Under the pieces are notes generated by a model that was not told where the DNA came from, searched no databases, and worked only from the letters and a program-made list of their open reading frames with translations. DNA of 64,000 nt, taken from positions 192,001-256,000 of the forward strand of contig CP147779.1 in NCBI GenBank assembly GCA_037308085.1, given 5' to 3'. Origin of the DNA: Promethearchaeati archaeon SRVP18_Atabeyarchaeia-1. Lineage in GTDB: Archaea > Asgardarchaeota > Atabeyarchaeia > Atabeyarchaeales > Atabeyarchaeaceae. Below, one piece after another: positions 58,990 through 64,000 of the stretch; position 1 is the stretch's first letter; each line of letters opens with the position of its first letter. The translations under genes were made by a program, and so were the position numbers.

Positions 58990-61692
58990 CTAGTCTAGAT
59001 TCTCTGCCAGCTTGAATCCTTTTGCTTCCCTGCTGTTTCCCTCGACGACCTGGCAGAACAAGCCCAGTTCTCTCTTCACGTCAACTTGGTCATTGGTCGA
59101 GACGCCGTAAGCAAACGTGGGTGCCCTAACGATAAGCGCTCGGCCCTCCAATTCCTTCTTGACAAGTCTCGACGCAACGGCGGCCACAATCTTGAGGTCG
59201 TTGACTGATGTCTCAGTGCGCACAATGGCTCCTGTCGCTGATGATGAAGCATTCTTTATCTGAAGGGCAACTACTTCACTTTGAGCCTCGTTCAAGACCT
59301 TATTCTGCTCTCTTTTCTCCTCAAGGTTTTTCTCTACAGTTTTGACAACACTCTCTATTGATGAACCAGTAAGCAAGCTCAGTGCTTTTACTGATTCGTC
59401 GAGTCCTTGAACATAGCTTACAGCAGGTTCGCCTGAAACAAAGTTCAGTCTGACCACGCCGTCTTGGATCCGTTCCGTTGAAAGTATCTTCACCAGTCCC
59501 AATTCGCCCGTTGATGAGCAGTGTGTTCCGCCACATGCCTCCACGTCAAAGCCCTGAATCTCTACGACCCTAATCCGCTTTCCAGGAACCGCTCCCCCTT
59601 GATACAGCCTAAACCCGTACTTATTCTCAGCCTGATCTCTATCCATGATGTTAACGCTGACAGGCCTGTTCTGCATGACTACCTGATTTGCGAGATACTC
59701 GATTCTTTTTTCTTCATCTGGCGACAGCGCTCTGAAATGCGTGATATCCAGTCTTGATTTCTTTGAAGTTTTCTCAGCCCCAGCCTGCCAGACGTGTGGA
59801 CCAAGCACCTCGCGTGCAGACGCGTTGAGCACGTGCGTCGCAGTGTGGTGCCTCATCAATGCTTGCCTCTTTTCCCAGTCAACCTCTCCACGCACCATGG
59901 CGCCCTTCTCAAGTTCTACTGGTCTATTCATCTCGTGCACTATTATGTTGCCATGCTTTATTACGTTGACAACTTTTACGCCACCTATCGTACCTGCATC
60001 GAACTCCTGACCCCCCGATGTTGGGTAGAATAGCGTTCTGTCTAGGACAAGGTACCTGCGATCCAAGACCTCTATGACACGCGCTTTGAATTCTTTTTCC
60101 TTCGGCTGATCATAGTATAGCGGGATCGTTTCGGGTATCTTCAAGGATTCCAGACTGGGAAAAGCGGGAGCAACTTGCTTGCTTGGTTTCGTCTCCTCCG
60201 CTCTTGATGAGTGTTTTTGCTGCACTACTAGGCTGAAGTCCTCAGGTATGGAGACCTGACCTCCCTGTTTCTCGGCGATCTCCTTAACTGTCTCCGGAGT
60301 TATGCCATGAGACTCGTAGAGTTCAACCAAACTGGCTGTGCTTATTGTCTTCTTGGACTTGATTAGTCTCTCAACCAATGCCTTGCCCTTCTCAAGGCTC
60401 TGCGCATATCTCTGAGTTTCCAGCTTGACTATCTCAAAAAGCGAACCTATCTCGTTCAGCTCCGTGAACCACGAACCAAATTCATCAATGTGCCATTGAA
60501 TTACGTCCTCAAGTTTAACATTCATTTTTCTTTCATCGATTAGGCTAAGTGCTCTCCTAAGAATATACCTTAGGTTGTACCCTCCCCCAACGTTGCTTGG
60601 CAGCGCGCCATCATGTATTGCGACTAGGAGAGAGCGAGCATGCTCAGCAATCGAGTAGAGCGATCTAATTGAGCCAACCTCACTTCTCAGGGTCTCGACA
60701 TCGACACCCGCGAATGATGCAGCGGAACGCCACATCTGCTCGGCGTCCTCTATTTCGGTGACATCAAACTTTCCTGCGAAGAGGTAGAACTTCTGTAGAA
60801 CCTCTTGATCAGGTCTAAGCCCCGTTGCATGATAGAGCCGATCCAGAACCTTAGGGAAGACAACGTCGTAACTTGTCGAAGTGCCATTGCAGAGCCAAGG
60901 GTATCTCTCTAGCCCAGTTCCATGATCTATCACCGTTGTCTGCAGTTCCCTTGAACTCCCGTCTGGGAGCTGCTCGAACTGCATGAAAACCTGGTTGCCA
61001 AGCTCCAAGCCTCTAACAAAATACTCGATACTGGGTCCGAAGTTTCCTCCCCCAGCCCACACATCCTCTACGAAGGTGATCTCATTCGCAGGAATGCCCA
61101 GCCCAGAGGTCATCCGCTCGTAGTTGTATCGGATGCATTCGTCCTTGAAGTAAATGAATTTGCCAGGCTTGTTGAAAACATGTTGACCGACCATTATGAA
61201 ACCTGTGTAGTGTCTTCCTGTGAGCCCAACGTTGTCAATGTCATTGAACCTAAGGCAGAACTGTGGTACGATTAGGGGATTCGCGGGAGGGTCGACCTCA
61301 CCTGAGACTACGTGAGGCTGAAAATCGTAGATTGATGCTTCGACGAAGTAGACGTCATCTCTCCAGCGAGCAACAACGGGGTATCTACGTATTGCGGTAT
61401 GCTTGAATTTGGAGAACACACTGACAAACTCATCCCAGCATTCCTTGTATGAGAACCTTTTCTTTGTTGGAGGTGAACCTATGAAGTGATATCCACCAAT
61501 GCAAGATGGGTCTCCGCAGGCGCCTGCATCTGGATTGATCGTCCAGTAGTTATTCCCGCATGCTGGGCATTTCTTGCGAGTGAATCCCAGTTCCTTAAGG
61601 GTCTCGGCTGGATAGAATTTGCTGTAGTCTTTGGCAAAATCTGACTTCAATTGCCTCTTCAGTGACTTCGTGTCCATGTTTCGAACCAGCAT
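58990..61692 (-). CDS. alaS: Alanine--tRNA ligase
   Basis: RYPVVARWRDD, ASIYDFQP, GLELGNQVFMQF, editing motifs HHTATH and EACGGTHC. Confidence 0.98.
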   Translation of the reverse strand: MLVRNMDTKSLKRQLKSDFAKDYSKFYPAETLKELGFTRKKCPACGNNYWTINPDAGACGDPSCIGGYHFIGSPPTKKRFSYKECWDEFVSVFSKFKHTAIRRYPVVARWRDDVYFVEASIYDFQPHVVSGEVDPPANPLIVPQFCLRFNDIDNVGLTGRHYTGFIMVGQHVFNKPGKFIYFKDECIRYNYERMTSGLGIPANEITFVEDVWAGGGNFGPSIEYFVRGLELGNQVFMQFEQLPDGSSRELQTTVIDHGTGLERYPWLCNGTSTSYDVVFPKVLDRLYHATGLRPDQEVLQKFYLFAGKFDVTEIEDAEQMWRSAASFAGVDVETLRSEVGSIRSLYSIAEHARSLLVAIHDGALPSNVGGGYNLRYILRRALSLIDERKMNVKLEDVIQWHIDEFGSWFTELNEIGSLFEIVKLETQRYAQSLEKGKALVERLIKSKKTISTASLVELYESHGITPETVKEIAEKQGGQVSIPEDFSLVVQQKHSSRAEETKPSKQVAPAFPSLESLKIPETIPLYYDQPKEKEFKARVIEVLDRRYLVLDRTLFYPTSGGQEFDAGTIGGVKVVNVIKHGNIIVHEMNRPVELEKGAMVRGEVDWEKRQALMRHHTATHVLNASAREVLGPHVWQAGAEKTSKKSRLDITHFRALSPDEEKRIEYLANQVVMQNRPVSVNIMDRDQAENKYGFRLYQGGAVPGKRIRVVEIQGFDVEACGGTHCSSTGELGLVKILSTERIQDGVVRLNFVSGEPAVSYVQGLDESVKALSLLTGSSIESVVKTVEKNLEEKREQNKVLNEAQSEVVALQIKNASSSATGAIVRTETSVNDLKIVAAVASRLVKKELEGRALIVRAPTFAYGVSTNDQVDVKRELGLFCQVVEGNSREAKGFKLAENLD

Positions 61693-61958
61693 TCATCTGA
61701 TGGTCGAGCGCTTCTGGAAACATCCAGGCTTGGCGACAAGCTGATTCAGAAAAAGGAATCAGCACGTCGTTCTCTAAGGTACTAGACCTTTCCTAATTAG
61801 ATAATAGGACGACTTAATATAGCTTGTCGAGAAGGTTTCACGTCGCCTTGTCCCGCGAGAGGGGAATGGCAAAATTAAAAATGGATTGATGGTCTGATCT
61901 AGCCAGTGTTCATTCGCACGCCGACCATAGCTGTGAATAGGAGAGCTAGAATGAAATC

Positions 61959-62618
61959 ATGATCTTGGGTGACAACTTGGTTGAGGCTGCTAGGGATCTT
62001 CGCTACCTCTTATCGCGCGGTTACAGCAGAGAAGCGTCAGTAAGGTTTGTTGCAACGGGGCACGGAGTCACTCTGGGAGAAAGATACATTCTGATGAGGG
62101 CCGTGTACGACGACGCGGAAGCGGAGAAGAGACGAAGAAAACTCGTCAGCCTCGACGAAATAAGGGGGGAGACGGTCTCAATCGACGGCTACAACCTCCT
62201 AATTACCGTTGAAAGCATGCTTGCCAAGAAGCTACTTGTTCAGTGCGACGACAATATTACTAGGGATGTCTCGGGGGTCTTCGGAAAACACAAGATAACG
62301 ACAGTGACGACGCAGGCACTTAGCCTGATCCTAAGGAAACTAAAGGACCATGCTCCAAAGGAAGTGCGCTTCACATACGATAAGCAGGTGAGTAAGAGCG
62401 GAGAGCTCGCCTCTCAGACGCGGATGATGATGGCAGAATTCGAACTGAAAGGAACAGCTACGACAGCCCTGAAGACAGACATTGCCACACTTGAGTCAGG
62501 AGGAGTAACTGTAAGTAGCGACAGCGTCGTGGTTGACAGAGCAAAGAGAATACTCGATCTCGCCGGAGAACTCGCTCGCCAGGAATCTTACAGCAACATC
62601 CTACGCCTCCCGCATTGA
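61959..62618 (+). CDS. DUF434 domain protein (PIN-like)
   Basis: AARDLRYLLSRGY, IDGYNLLITVE, DD..RD, D..VSKSGELA. Confidence 0.88.
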   Translation: MILGDNLVEAARDLRYLLSRGYSREASVRFVATGHGVTLGERYILMRAVYDDAEAEKRRRKLVSLDEIRGETVSIDGYNLLITVESMLAKKLLVQCDDNITRDVSGVFGKHKITTVTTQALSLILRKLKDHAPKEVRFTYDKQVSKSGELASQTRMMMAEFELKGTATTALKTDIATLESGGVTVSSDSVVVDRAKRILDLAGELARQESYSNILRLPH

Positions 62619-62688
62619 GGCATTTGAGAAAAAACATTTTAATAGCATCAAGTAAGTAATAACTAGCCTAAATACTGGGTCAATAATA

Positions 62689-62786
62689 GGGCCCGTGGCC
62701 TAGTCAGGATAGGGCGTCAGCCCTCTATGCAGCGGACAGGCAAGGAAAGCTGATGGTCGTGGGTTCAAATCCCACCGGGCCCGCCA
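62689..62786 (+). tRNA. tRNA-Arg(TCT) with a 20-nt intron (62728-62747) and atypical C33
   Basis: Arg tRNA body as in the other two copies; stem TCAGC/GCTGA; spliced loop CC-TCT-AA; encoded CCA. Confidence 0.85.
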
Positions 62787-62979
62787 GTCTGTTCTGAGGC
62801 TAAAGGTTGCAGGACAGCTATTTATGCAGAGGATCATCCATATCATCATATGTTTTGAAGAAATCGGAGTCACCTTCCTTCAAGTATGCCAGAGCTGTGT
62901 CAATAGCTGAAGAGTCTAACCTTATTTCTTGTCTATTGTGTAGAGTGACCGTCGCGCGCTTCGCCCCCGTCACAATCGA

Positions 62980-63999
62980 TCAGGTTCTGACCATGCTCCT
63001 GACCTGGGTGAATATCTCTTCCCGAATTAGCTTCTGCAGTTCGTCGAGGCTATTTAGTGGACGTTTCCTCATTATGTTGGAAACTTCTCTCTGGGAGACT
63101 CTCGGCAATGCCTGGAGCAACCTCGGTGTAGCCGTATTTATGTTGAGGGGAAAAGGTACGCCTGTCACTGAACGGTATCCGTGGCTTACGACTGTTGCGT
63201 CAAGCCACTCGTTAAGCTGGACCTTTTCAGGTATCGTCACGAGTAACGGGTATGTTCCGACCTGCCTGGCATGGGTCATTCTACCTTCATGGGTCTCCGT
63301 TCTGACGCGCCGAAGGACCGTTCCAGTTGGAACTAGCCTCCGAAGCATCGGAAGATCCACTTCGGTTCTCATCTTGTCCTTATAGGCAGCGAAAATACTC
63401 TTGTTTCTTCGAACTATCCTATTCCCGATCTCATTCATCCTCGTGCCTGGGAATGGTATTACCTGCCTTATGTTTATCCGTCTTACAAGCAGACCGAGTC
63501 TAAGAATATCCTTCATGAACTCCAAGTTGAGTCTGTAGCTTTCTCTGGTCTCACCCATCAGACCATAGAGGAAGTTAATTCCAGGAAGTAGCTCGGGCAG
63601 CCCGTTGGATCCTCTCACGGCTCCAACCTTGTTGATTAGCTGAATAGCTGACAACACCTGCTCAGGGCTTGCCTTCAGATTGTTCATCTTTATTACGGAA
63701 GGATCGACACTCTCAACCCCGAATGCTGCAACATCACCTGGCGTGTGGTACTTCACTATTGTTTTAGCTATCTCTTCGCATTCCTTGGGATACCTTGCTA
63801 TTACTCCTGGATTTGCATTGTCGATGTGCAGTGTCTCTATATCGGGGCATTCAGATCTAATGCCTCCGAACAACTTCTTCAATGCGTCTGGATTCGGTTT
63901 GGGAAACTCTTCTTCACCAACACCTATGGCCATATAGCTGAATATGTCTGGCTGCCGACCTAGGCGGAAGTGCCTGACCCCTGCTTTGTGAAGAGCCTT
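62980..63999 (-). CDS. Radical SAM protein with TRAM and HhH C-terminus (COG1031-like), 5' end off the window
   Basis: HFRLGRQPD, TLHIDNANP, AAFGVES.D, PGINF..GL.GE, RRINIRQV, RQVGTYPLLV, LNINTA...L.ALP. Confidence 0.85.
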   Translation of the reverse strand, partial: KALHKAGVRHFRLGRQPDIFSYMAIGVGEEEFPKPNPDALKKLFGGIRSECPDIETLHIDNANPGVIARYPKECEEIAKTIVKYHTPGDVAAFGVESVDPSVIKMNNLKASPEQVLSAIQLINKVGAVRGSNGLPELLPGINFLYGLMGETRESYRLNLEFMKDILRLGLLVRRINIRQVIPFPGTRMNEIGNRIVRRNKSIFAAYKDKMRTEVDLPMLRRLVPTGTVLRRVRTETHEGRMTHARQVGTYPLLVTIPEKVQLNEWLDATVVSHGYRSVTGVPFPLNINTATPRLLQALPRVSQREVSNIMRKRPLNSLDELQKLIREEIFTQVRSMVRT

Positions 64000-64000
64000 A

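Overview
Gene-dense archaeal chromosome segment, most likely from an Asgard archaeon. The assignment is inferred from a Rab-like GTPase, SepSecS/SelB/tRNA-Sec and an MtrA-MtrH fusion, and was not tested phylogenetically. Content: TFB/Rab/TBP; a selenocysteine-machinery cluster; the tRNA-splicing endonuclease EndA; histidine-utilisation genes with GlnA-like and Ftr-like neighbours; gluconeogenesis genes; a large S8 protease; argS flanked by two tRNA-Arg genes; a degenerate TnpB element; an MtrAH plus thymidylate-synthase-like pair; and the Nep1-Rpp21-S19e-L39e-L31e-eIF6-LX-prefoldin-FtsY-SecE-Spt5-L11-L1-L10-L12 cluster followed by alaS. The main signals missed by the ORF track concern bulge-helix-bulge (BHB) splicing. 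(1) The ribosomal protein gene rpl39e is split by a 49-nt intron with a textbook BHB motif, i.e. a predicted EndA-spliced mRNA intron. (2) A 178-nt tRNA-Sec(UCA) gene carries three non-canonical BHB introns (D-loop, variable loop, T-loop), and removing them gives a 92-nt 9/4 tRNA-Sec. (3) Three tRNA-Arg genes carry canonical introns. Separately, the tnpB lies inside IS6-like terminal inverted repeats with an 8-bp target-site duplication. All structures were derived by eye; no searches were run.
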